Positions 36,721 through 44,679 of a stretch of 64,000 nucleotides of DNA are shown here, piece after piece. Every line of letters starts with the position of its first letter. Within the stretch, counting starts at the first letter, position 1. The notes beneath the pieces were generated by a model. The model was not told the origin of the DNA, did not search any database, and was given only the letters and a program-made list of their open reading frames with translations. Where the stretch lies: the NCBI GenBank assembly GCA_964505415.1, contig CAZDHW010000009.1, positions 1,102 through 65,101 on the forward strand, read 5' to 3'. A program made the translations under genes and the position numbers. Source of the stretch: an uncultured bacterium (GTDB lineage: Bacteria; Hydrothermota; Tepidihabitantia; Tepidihabitantales; DTDR01).

Positions 36721-38400
36721 ATGCGGGACAAAAAAATTATTTACCAAGTATTGCAGGAATTTGGTCTGTCCCAAAAAGATGTAAAAAAATTTGAAGAAGA
36801 AAGTCAACAAAGTAACATTTCTTTAGAAGAGTTATTAATCAATAGAAAGATAATTAACAAAGAGGATTTCTATTTAGCTCTTTCCCGAAGATTGGGTGTA
36901 CCTTATTTAGATATTTCTGGTTACATGGTTGACAAAGATGTTTTGACTTTAATTCCAGAAGAAGCCTGCCGAAGTTTAAATGTTTTTCCTTTATTTAAAA
37001 TTGGTGATACCTTAACCGTAGCCATGGCCAATCCCACTGATGTGGATATCATTGATGAATTAAGATTGAAAACCGGCTTAGAAATTACCCCAGTTTTAGC
37101 AAGCGAAGAAGATATCAAAAATGCTCTCGATAAATATTACAAATCAAGCTCCCAGACTCAAATTGAAGAAATCAGTCAAATAGCCAGTGAGGAAGTAACC
37201 CCAGTGGAAATCACTGACGAAATTAAAAAGTTAGAAGAAGAAGCTTCCCAAGAACCAGTTGTTAAATTTGTAAATACCGTAATTTCTTATGCAGTAAAAA
37301 ACCGAGCTTCTGACATTCACATTGAACCGGAAGAAAATATCTTAAGGGTAAGATTAAGAATCGACGGTGTATTACATACTTTTACCGAAGTTGCTAAAAA
37401 TATGCATCCAGCGATAATTTCTCGCATTAAAATTTTAGCACGTTTAAACATCGCTGACAAATTACGACCCCAGGATGGGCAATTTCAAATGACCATTGAT
37501 AGTAAAAAAGTTGATTTCCGGGTCTCTACTTTTCCTACCTTTTGGGGAGAATGCGCGGTTTTAAGATTATTAGATAAGTCTTCAGTATTAATTGGACTCG
37601 GGGAATTAGGTTTTTCTCCGGAAAATCTTATAAAATTTAATGCTTTGATTAAAAAACCTTACGGAATCATTTTGGTAACCGGACCTACCGGCAGTGGTAA
37701 AACTACTACTTTATATTCTGCATTGGAAGCTATCCGTAGCGAAGAGAGAAATATTATTACTTTGGAAGATCCGGTTGAATATACCTTGCCATTAATCCGC
37801 CAGGTACAAATCAATCCCAAACAAGGTTTAACTTTTGCCACCGGTCTCCGCGCAGTGTTAAGGCAGGACCCCGATGTGATAATGGTCGGTGAAATCCGTG
37901 ATTTAGAAACTGCGGAGATTGCTGTTCAAGCAGCGTTAACCGGTCATTTAGTTTTTTCAACCCTTCATACTAATAATGCGGCTACCGCGGTTACCCGATT
38001 AGTAGATATTGGCGTGGAACCCTATCTTATTGCTTCTTCTTTGATCGGCGTTTTAGCTCAAAGATTGGTGAGAAAAATTTGTCCAGCTTGCAAAGAAGGT
38101 TACAAACCAAAGCCCGAAATTTTGAAATATTTAGGATTAGAAGAAAATATAGAATTATTTAAAGGTAAAGGATGTGAAGAGTGTAATAATACCGGTTATA
38201 AAGGAAGAACCGGTATTTTCGAACTGCTAATTATTGATGACACTATTAGAGAAATGATTTTAAAAAACAAAAGTGCTAACGAAATTCACCACACAGCAGT
38301 TGCCAAAGGAATGAAAACAATGCGCGACGATGGCTTTGAAAAAGTTAAAAAGGGAATAACAACTATTGAAGAAGTATTAAGAGTTACCGCTGTCTTTTAG
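36721..38400 (+). CDS. GspE/PilB-family secretion/pilus ATPase with N-terminal T2SSE_N (MshEN-like) domain
   Basis: Walker A GPTGSGKTT. Asp box LEDPVEY. Walker B MVGEIRD. His box TLHTNNA. Tetracysteine CPACK...CEECNNTGY. N-terminal T2SSE_N domain. Confidence 0.85.
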   Translation: MRDKKIIYQVLQEFGLSQKDVKKFEEESQQSNISLEELLINRKIINKEDFYLALSRRLGVPYLDISGYMVDKDVLTLIPEEACRSLNVFPLFKIGDTLTVAMANPTDVDIIDELRLKTGLEITPVLASEEDIKNALDKYYKSSSQTQIEEISQIASEEVTPVEITDEIKKLEEEASQEPVVKFVNTVISYAVKNRASDIHIEPEENILRVRLRIDGVLHTFTEVAKNMHPAIISRIKILARLNIADKLRPQDGQFQMTIDSKKVDFRVSTFPTFWGECAVLRLLDKSSVLIGLGELGFSPENLIKFNALIKKPYGIILVTGPTGSGKTTTLYSALEAIRSEERNIITLEDPVEYTLPLIRQVQINPKQGLTFATGLRAVLRQDPDVIMVGEIRDLETAEIAVQAALTGHLVFSTLHTNNAATAVTRLVDIGVEPYLIASSLIGVLAQRLVRKICPACKEGYKPKPEILKYLGLEENIELFKGKGCEECNNTGYKGRTGIFELLIIDDTIREMILKNKSANEIHHTAVAKGMKTMRDDGFEKVKKGITTIEEVLRVTAVF

Positions 38401-38404
38401 AATT

Positions 38405-39505
38405 TTAAGTCTTTTTTCTTTTTTCGGAAATCCTTTTTAAAACCTCAGGCAAAGTAGTATATTCCATCTCTTCCAAAGGTAATCGATGAGGCTCAAAAGG
38501 ACCGTGACTACGCATAAAATTAGCAATCCGATTAGCTTCTTTTCGGGCATAATCAAACGCTGGGTCGTCAAAAAGATCTCGCGGACCAATTAACATTCCT
38601 TGAGCAATTTGAAAACCAAGAGCAATAACCCGAGGAGGACCATCAAATCTTGATGGATTGGCTTCTTTTTGACTAACGGGCATCAAAGGTCCGTAATGGG
38701 AACCACGCATCCAGCCGCTTACTAAATGAGGAAACGCAAAAGGCTCCAGAATCTCCCCTACCGCTGGCAACCCGGCTTGTGCCCGAACAATTAAAACCGG
38801 GTCATCTTTACCAACATATCTTCCGGCAATTAATGCCAATTTTTGGGTAGAAGAAACCGCAGCGATTTCCCCATCCTTTTTTTTATAAACAGCTTTAATT
38901 ATGTAATTTTCACAAGAACCAATCAAAACTAACAAATCATACATTTCTTCGGGACAAGAAAGGAAAAAATTTTCATCTTTTTTGATATCGTGGACTTCAA
39001 ATTTAAAACCATCATGCATTGCTGGGTCAATTATTAAACCGATAGTATTAAAGGGATCGGCGAATATTTTAAAAAGGGGAAAATTCCAGGCACCCGGTGC
39101 GCATTTATCACCCATAAAGATTACCACAGGTTCGGATTTTCTTTCAACAAACTCCATTTCAGCAACACCCGGCCCCATTCCCTTAACGTTTCCTGAAAAA
39201 GCATCAGCCAATAAATCTTGACCTGCGCCATAAAGTTTTAATTCTTTAGCCAATTCGGTACAAGCAACAAAAGTATCCCAAGCGAGCTTATGAATTTCCT
39301 GATTATCAACACCTTTATTATGGGTCATTATCAATTCCAAATCATCACCGCAATTAGTTACATAAAAATCAATAATTATTCCTTTAGCTTTTGCTTCCAG
39401 TAGTAAATCTTTAGCTTTTTCTAAAATTTGGGGATGCGAAGAAGAATGTCCCACATAACCCCCAATATCAGCTTTTATTACTGATAAAGTAATCTTTTCG
39501 GCCAT
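38405..39505 (-). CDS. fbp: Fructose-1,6-bisphosphate aldolase/phosphatase (class V, archaeal-type bifunctional FBPase)
   Basis: KITLSVIKADIGGYVGHSS, DLLADAFSGNVKGMGPGVAEME, FADPFNT, MRGSHYGPLMPVSQ and DDPAFD align along the full length with the Sulfolobus/Thermoproteus FBP aldolase/phosphatase. Strong SD AGGAGG. Confidence 0.85.
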   Translation of the reverse strand: MAEKITLSVIKADIGGYVGHSSSHPQILEKAKDLLLEAKAKGIIIDFYVTNCGDDLELIMTHNKGVDNQEIHKLAWDTFVACTELAKELKLYGAGQDLLADAFSGNVKGMGPGVAEMEFVERKSEPVVIFMGDKCAPGAWNFPLFKIFADPFNTIGLIIDPAMHDGFKFEVHDIKKDENFFLSCPEEMYDLLVLIGSCENYIIKAVYKKKDGEIAAVSSTQKLALIAGRYVGKDDPVLIVRAQAGLPAVGEILEPFAFPHLVSGWMRGSHYGPLMPVSQKEANPSRFDGPPRVIALGFQIAQGMLIGPRDLFDDPAFDYARKEANRIANFMRSHGPFEPHRLPLEEMEYTTLPEVLKRISEKRKKT

Positions 39506-39590
39506 AATAAATCCTCCTTTTAATTTAATCTTTAATTATAACAAAATTTTAAAAAAGTTCAAAGGATAAAAAATATTTTAAAATGATTTT

Positions 39591-40256
39591 TTAATAATCA
39601 ACTATTGCTTTTATAAGATAAAAACCTTCGGCAAAAGAAACTCCGATTTCGCTGCCCCGCATTTTGGCTTTTATAATGATTCCTTCTTCGCTTCGGGGAT
39701 GAGGAAATTTTTTTACCTCTTTTTCGTAAAATTTAAAGGCATTAATTTTTAAATCAATTTCTTTCTTAGTTAAAACTTCATAATAATTAGGAATAAATTT
39801 ATTCCAATGATACCATTCGGTGGAACCAGGAATTTCAAAGGTAAAAATTCTTTTTATGGAAGAACTGCTTAAAGGTCGACAGGCAACTGCTACGGCTTCA
39901 TAGGTTCTTCGGTGATCTTGATTCACATCATAAGGAAAATGAGTATAGACCTCTGTCGGTTGAAGAGCTTTAATAATTTTTTCAATCTTTTGAATAATGG
40001 TCAACAAGGGATAAGTATCTAATCTTTCGTCAAGAAACCTCAGAAAATAAACGTCCTTTACCCCTAAGAAGCTATTTGCCTTTTTGGCGTTGGTTTCTTG
40101 TTTTTTAAGTAACTTCTTGTCCCTCGCCGAGACGCCGTCAGTAAGAATTAAAAGGTAAAAATCTTTTTTTTGTGAATATTTGGCAATCGTACCACCCATA
40201 CCTAAAATTTCATCATCTGGGTGAGCAACTACTATCAATATTTTATCTTTTTTCAT
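39591..40256 (-). CDS. PIG-L/LmbE-family N-acetylglucosaminyl deacetylase
   Basis: ILIVVAHPDDEILGMGG zinc-binding motif and HxDH region (VNQDHRRTYEA). Confidence 0.75.
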   Translation of the reverse strand: MKKDKILIVVAHPDDEILGMGGTIAKYSQKKDFYLLILTDGVSARDKKLLKKQETNAKKANSFLGVKDVYFLRFLDERLDTYPLLTIIQKIEKIIKALQPTEVYTHFPYDVNQDHRRTYEAVAVACRPLSSSSIKRIFTFEIPGSTEWYHWNKFIPNYYEVLTKKEIDLKINAFKFYEKEVKKFPHPRSEEGIIIKAKMRGSEIGVSFAEGFYLIKAIVDY

Positions 40257-41208
40257 TCCAAAAATGAAAACTTCTTTTTAAAGCTATAATTTTCATTCCT
40301 AAACTTTCATAAAGTTTCTGGGCGGCTAAATTGTCTTCTTCTGTTTCGGCATAAACTTCTTTAATTTTTCTTTTTTGAAAGTAATTAAACCCAGTTATCA
40401 ATAAGTATTTACCAACTCCTTTTCCTTGATGATGCTTATCAACAGCAAGCAAATCAATAATTCCGATTTTTCTTTTATTTATTTTTAATACTTTACAATC
40501 TAAAAAACCAACGATTTGCTTATTTAGAGTAGCCACAAAAAGTCGATGACTTTTTTCATCTTTAAAAGAATTCAAAAGCCACTTTTCATAAAATTTTTTA
40601 ACTGCTTTTCTTTTAAAATTTTTATCCCAATAAAAACGGGAATAAATAAAAGAAACACCGGCTAATCTTTTTAAAATTGGTAAATCTTCTTTTTTCTTTG
40701 ATCTTACAAGAATTCCTTTTTTTTCTAAATTTTTTTTAAAATTACTCGCTAATTTTTTATAATAAAAACGATGTTTTTTAATTTCTTGAAAGCCTAATTT
40801 TTTTAAAATCTTGGCTAAAGAAATATCTTGAGCATTAATTCTAATATCAATAAATTGCTTTTCCTTATTTTCTTTTAAAATCTCTTTAACAAATTTTTCT
40901 TTAAAACTTTTTTCCAAACTTTCACTAAATATTAAATACTCAATCCGACCACAATCAAAACCAAAAACCTTTTTATCAAACGGTGGGGAAACAAATTTTG
41001 CTAATGCTAAAATCTTTTCATCCTGAGGTGAAAACAAAATAAAAACTTTGATTCCTTTTTTTCTTTTCTCTATTGTTTTTTTTAAATCTAAAAGAATATC
41101 CTTATAATGATAATAGGGTTTAAAATACCAATACCTTTTTTTAAAATTACGAAAAAATCTCTTTAAAACTTTTTCGGTAACCATCATATATTTTTTTATC
41201 CACTTCAA
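40243..41208 (-). CDS. GNAT-family N-acetyltransferase (possible tandem GNAT architecture)
   Basis: C-terminal motif A LLAVDKHHQGKGVGKYLL and motif B AAQKLYESLGMK. About 170 aa N-terminal region may be a second, degenerate GNAT fold. Confidence 0.55.
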   Translation of the reverse strand: MKWIKKYMMVTEKVLKRFFRNFKKRYWYFKPYYHYKDILLDLKKTIEKRKKGIKVFILFSPQDEKILALAKFVSPPFDKKVFGFDCGRIEYLIFSESLEKSFKEKFVKEILKENKEKQFIDIRINAQDISLAKILKKLGFQEIKKHRFYYKKLASNFKKNLEKKGILVRSKKKEDLPILKRLAGVSFIYSRFYWDKNFKRKAVKKFYEKWLLNSFKDEKSHRLFVATLNKQIVGFLDCKVLKINKRKIGIIDLLAVDKHHQGKGVGKYLLITGFNYFQKRKIKEVYAETEEDNLAAQKLYESLGMKIIALKRSFHFWNEKR

Positions 41209-42043
41209 TCTTTTCTAAAAATAAAGAACCGTCAAAAAAATCTATTTTTAAACCATCTACTTTTTCCCTTTTTAATGGCAAAGCCTTCCAAACAATGATT
41301 TTTTTTGAATGGTAATAAAAATAAGCACCTTCATAACTTAAAAGTCCTAATTCATTTTTTCCGTATTTAGACAAAGCTCTTACTTTCCGATAATTATAAA
41401 CTACGCCATCAGTAAATTTTATTTCGTTAAAAACCTTTTTATCTAATTTGGGAAAATAAGTAGCCAATCTTTCATCTTGTTCAATTGGTTTTACTTTGTC
41501 TTTAATAATCAAAGGTAAATACTCTCTTATTAACTCTTTCCCTTTTTCAATCTCTTTTTTGTAAACATCCCAAGCATAATCATCTTCTTCAATAACAAAT
41601 TCTTTTTGGCCAATTATTGGGCCAGCGTCAACTTTTTCAGTATAATAAAACATGGTAACACCACTTCTTTTTATTCCCGACATTATGGAATTGATAATTG
41701 GGCTACTACCTCGACCTTTCGGCAATAAAGTTGGGTGAAAACCAATAACTCCTTTTTTAAAAAGAGAAAGCACTTCTTTGTCAATTATCTGACGCCACCC
41801 GCCAACAAAAAGGCATTCACCTTTTAATTTTTTTAGGAGTTCTTTTTCTTCGTTAATATTTTCAATCTCATAGACTGGCAAAGAAAATTCATACCATTTT
41901 TCTTTAGCCACCCCGTCATACATTTTGGTCTTCGCTTTTTCACTTAAAGTAATAATTGCCACCACTTCACAATCCTTATTTAAAAGGATCTCTTTCAACC
42001 ATTCGTAACCACAGATCGAAGCTGCTAAATAAACAATTCTCAT
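41147..42043 (-). CDS. Formyltransferase, Fmt family (methionyl-tRNA formyltransferase-like, N- and C-terminal domains)
   Basis: FHPTLLPKGRGSSPI (compare Fmt HGSLLPRWRGAAPI) and VDAGPII. C-terminal PIEQDERLATYFPKLDKK...YRKVRAL resembles the Fmt C-terminal domain. N-terminus atypical for canonical Fmt. Confidence 0.6.
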   Translation of the reverse strand: MRIVYLAASICGYEWLKEILLNKDCEVVAIITLSEKAKTKMYDGVAKEKWYEFSLPVYEIENINEEKELLKKLKGECLFVGGWRQIIDKEVLSLFKKGVIGFHPTLLPKGRGSSPIINSIMSGIKRSGVTMFYYTEKVDAGPIIGQKEFVIEEDDYAWDVYKKEIEKGKELIREYLPLIIKDKVKPIEQDERLATYFPKLDKKVFNEIKFTDGVVYNYRKVRALSKYGKNELGLLSYEGAYFYYHSKKIIVWKALPLKREKVDGLKIDFFDGSLFLEKIEVDKKIYDGYRKSFKEIFS

Positions 42044-42696
42044 TTTCTAATATCGGGCTCTTTCAAATAAAAAGGGGAAAGTGAGAAAAGAGAATCTAAC
42101 TTTCCTGCTTCCTTGGCTTTTTTAGCAAGCAACCCAATAACTTTAGCTTTTGGAGAATAAATATTTATTTTTTTAAAATTTTCAAAAATTTGGGGATAAG
42201 CAAGAAGGGCATTACCACAAACAAAATCAATTTCTTTTTCTTTAAAAATTAACGGCAATTTATTAATCTCTACTAATTGATAATTACCAATTTTTTCTTC
42301 ATTTTGATAAAGAGCAGTATACACCGATTCTCTTTTAGCATCATTAACGACCAGAATTTTTTTCTCTTTTAAGCCAGAGAAATAAAAAAGGCAAGTAAAA
42401 TAGAGGGCATCCAAAGTATTTATTGCCTTTACGGAAATATTATGGGGATAGGCAAGTCCAAAAGTGGTTGCCAAACCCACTCTTAAAGCAGTAAAATTTC
42501 CCGGACCGATACTTACGCCGATAAGTTCAATGTCTTTAATGGTTATTTTTAAATATTTAAAAGCCCAATCAAAAAAGGTAATTAAATTTTTCTCGTGCTT
42601 TGAATGAATGTCAGCAAAAATAGTTAAAATTTCCTTGTCTTCCTCTAGAAAAGCAATCTCACAATTAGGTGAACTGGTTTCTAAAGCAACAATCAC
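42040..42696 (-). CDS. tsaB: tRNA threonylcarbamoyladenosine biosynthesis protein TsaB (YeaZ-like)
   Basis: MIVALETSS...IAFL N-terminus. ASKH-fold Kae1-like pattern without metal-binding His pair. 218 aa. Confidence 0.6.
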   Translation of the reverse strand: MIVALETSSPNCEIAFLEEDKEILTIFADIHSKHEKNLITFFDWAFKYLKITIKDIELIGVSIGPGNFTALRVGLATTFGLAYPHNISVKAINTLDALYFTCLFYFSGLKEKKILVVNDAKRESVYTALYQNEEKIGNYQLVEINKLPLIFKEKEIDFVCGNALLAYPQIFENFKKINIYSPKAKVIGLLAKKAKEAGKLDSLFSLSPFYLKEPDIRK

Positions 42697-43214
42697 TCTT
42701 CTCTCATGGAAGAGGGATAAATTTCTTTTATAACTCCTTCCATTTCATCCATATTATAATATTCATCACATGCCCGAATCAACTCTACTGAAGTATAACC
42801 CCGACCCAGACCAATTATTATCACTCTCTTCCCCAGTTTAGAAACATAATCAACTAAAGGGACAAAATCACCGTCACCGGTTACTAAAATAATTTCATCT
42901 AAATAATTTACCATCGATAAAACCTCTAAGGTTATTTCAATATCCATATTAGCTTTAATACTCCCATCAAGTCTTTCTCTCGTTTGTTTAGCAACCACTC
43001 GGTAACCCTGAAAAGAAAGCGCATCAATTAATCTTTGCCGTCGTTCATCATCTCTTTTGTAAGGAACAAAGGCGATAAATTTATAATCTTCTTCTTCTCT
43101 TTTACCTAAAATAATAATATTTCTTTTCAAAACATCGTATCTTACTTCTTTTCCTTGCCTCTCAAAGGTCTCTTGAATATTTTGCACATCCAAAAAGACA
43201 CCGATTAATCCCAT
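42693..43214 (-). CDS. NYN/LabA-like domain protein
   Basis: IGVFLDVQN...ILVTGDGDFVPLV...VIIIG PIN-like acidic residue pattern of PF01936. Confidence 0.55.
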   Translation of the reverse strand: MGLIGVFLDVQNIQETFERQGKEVRYDVLKRNIIILGKREEEDYKFIAFVPYKRDDERRQRLIDALSFQGYRVVAKQTRERLDGSIKANMDIEITLEVLSMVNYLDEIILVTGDGDFVPLVDYVSKLGKRVIIIGLGRGYTSVELIRACDEYYNMDEMEGVIKEIYPSSMREE

Positions 43215-43244
43215 AAATAAATAATAATTTTCTTATTCAAAAAG

Positions 43245-43976
43245 TCAAATATTATTCAAAAGCAAATTAAGCCCTTTTAAAGTCAGATAAGGTTCAAAAT
43301 AGTCAATTCCTTTAAGATGGCGGTAGAAAAGAAAAGAAAGCCCACCGGTTAAAAAAATTTTAAAATCCTTACCGAGAGATTTTTTATAACATTTTAAAAG
43401 ATAATTAAGCCCTTCAAAAACAAAAAACTTAATCCCTTCTCTTACGCCTTCCTTAGGCGAGCGGGCTAAATAGTTAATTTCTTTATGAAAAACAAAATCT
43501 TCTTTCATAATATCTTTTATTCTGTTTAAAAAATAATAAGAAGTAAATATTCCGGGCAAAATAAGACCACCCAGAAAAATACCGTCTTTTTTAACGCAAG
43601 AAATTGTTGTCCCGCTACCTAAATCGACTACTATTCCGTTTTTTTTGTAAAACTTATAAACATAATAACAGGCAGCAATCCGGTCTTCTCCCAGTTTATT
43701 TTTTTCGTAAAGGGAAATATCCAAATCAAGTTCCAAATCACTTAAATTATAAATTTCAATTTCTTTATTTTTTTTAAATTCTTTTATCAAATAATTTTTT
43801 ACCTCCTTTACCACCGAAGAGATAATAACTCTTTTTACCTTATCCAGAAAGAAAAGGTAACTTTTATTCTCTTTTAAACCTTGGGTAGCTACCGGCATGA
43901 CTATTATTAAATTATTATTTCTAAAAAAACCAAATTTAACAAAGGAGTTACCGATATCGCAGGCTAAACTATTCAT
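43245..43976 (-). CDS. coaX: Type III pantothenate kinase (CoaX)
   Basis: ACDIGNSFVKFGFF and GIVVDLGSGTT match CoaX ASKH motifs. Adjacent to birA, as is common. Confidence 0.7.
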   Translation of the reverse strand: MNSLACDIGNSFVKFGFFRNNNLIIVMPVATQGLKENKSYLFFLDKVKRVIISSVVKEVKNYLIKEFKKNKEIEIYNLSDLELDLDISLYEKNKLGEDRIAACYYVYKFYKKNGIVVDLGSGTTISCVKKDGIFLGGLILPGIFTSYYFLNRIKDIMKEDFVFHKEINYLARSPKEGVREGIKFFVFEGLNYLLKCYKKSLGKDFKIFLTGGLSFLFYRHLKGIDYFEPYLTLKGLNLLLNNI

Positions 43977-44679
43977 AAAAAACTTTAACTACCTCACCGG
44001 TGGTAATTTTTTTACCCGAAGATAAAATTAATGAATAATCATCAGCAATATCTAAACAAATATCAATAATTTCTTTGTTGGGCAAAGCAACTCTTATTTT
44101 TTTATTTTTCAAATAATTCCTTGCCTTTAAAAAATTAACCAGTTCTTCTTTTTCAATTTTTTTAAAAAAACTTTTATAAAAAATATTTTCTAATAGCAAA
44201 TATCTTTCATAAGTAGTTATTGTTCTTCGGAGAATCATTTTTAAAGAAATAGCTTTCTCCAAAAAAGAAGGAAAGCAATCTTCGTTAACATTTATTCCGC
44301 AACCAACAATTAAAAAATTGTTTTCTTTCTCCGCCAAAATGCCACACAATTTTTTATCTTGATAATAAATATCGTTAGGCCATTTTATTTGCAACTTTTC
44401 TTTTAAATTAAACAATTCTTCACAAGAAAGAACAACGCTTTTAACAATGTGAAAAACAATATCAAATATGGTTGAATTATAAAGAAAATTTTCTTCTAAA
44501 TTCAAAAGAAAGGAAAAATATAAACCGCCTTCAGGTGAATACCAAGTCCTTTGAAAACGACCATAACCTTTTTCTTGACTTTTTGCCACAATTATTAAAT
44601 CTTTTTTAAAAGGAATAAAACTTTTTGCTAAAATTTGAGTACTATCAACTTTATTTAAGAAGAAGATACTTTTTACCAT
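43969..44679 (-). CDS. birA: Biotin--[acetyl-CoA-carboxylase] ligase (BirA catalytic domain, no N-terminal HTH)
   Basis: KSQEKGYGRFQRTWYSPEGGLYFSFLL, compare the GRGRRGR.W.S..G..L.S motif. KWPNDIY. Confidence 0.7.
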   Translation of the reverse strand: MVKSIFFLNKVDSTQILAKSFIPFKKDLIIVAKSQEKGYGRFQRTWYSPEGGLYFSFLLNLEENFLYNSTIFDIVFHIVKSVVLSCEELFNLKEKLQIKWPNDIYYQDKKLCGILAEKENNFLIVGCGINVNEDCFPSFLEKAISLKMILRRTITTYERYLLLENIFYKSFFKKIEKEELVNFLKARNYLKNKKIRVALPNKEIIDICLDIADDYSLILSSGKKITTGEVVKVFYE

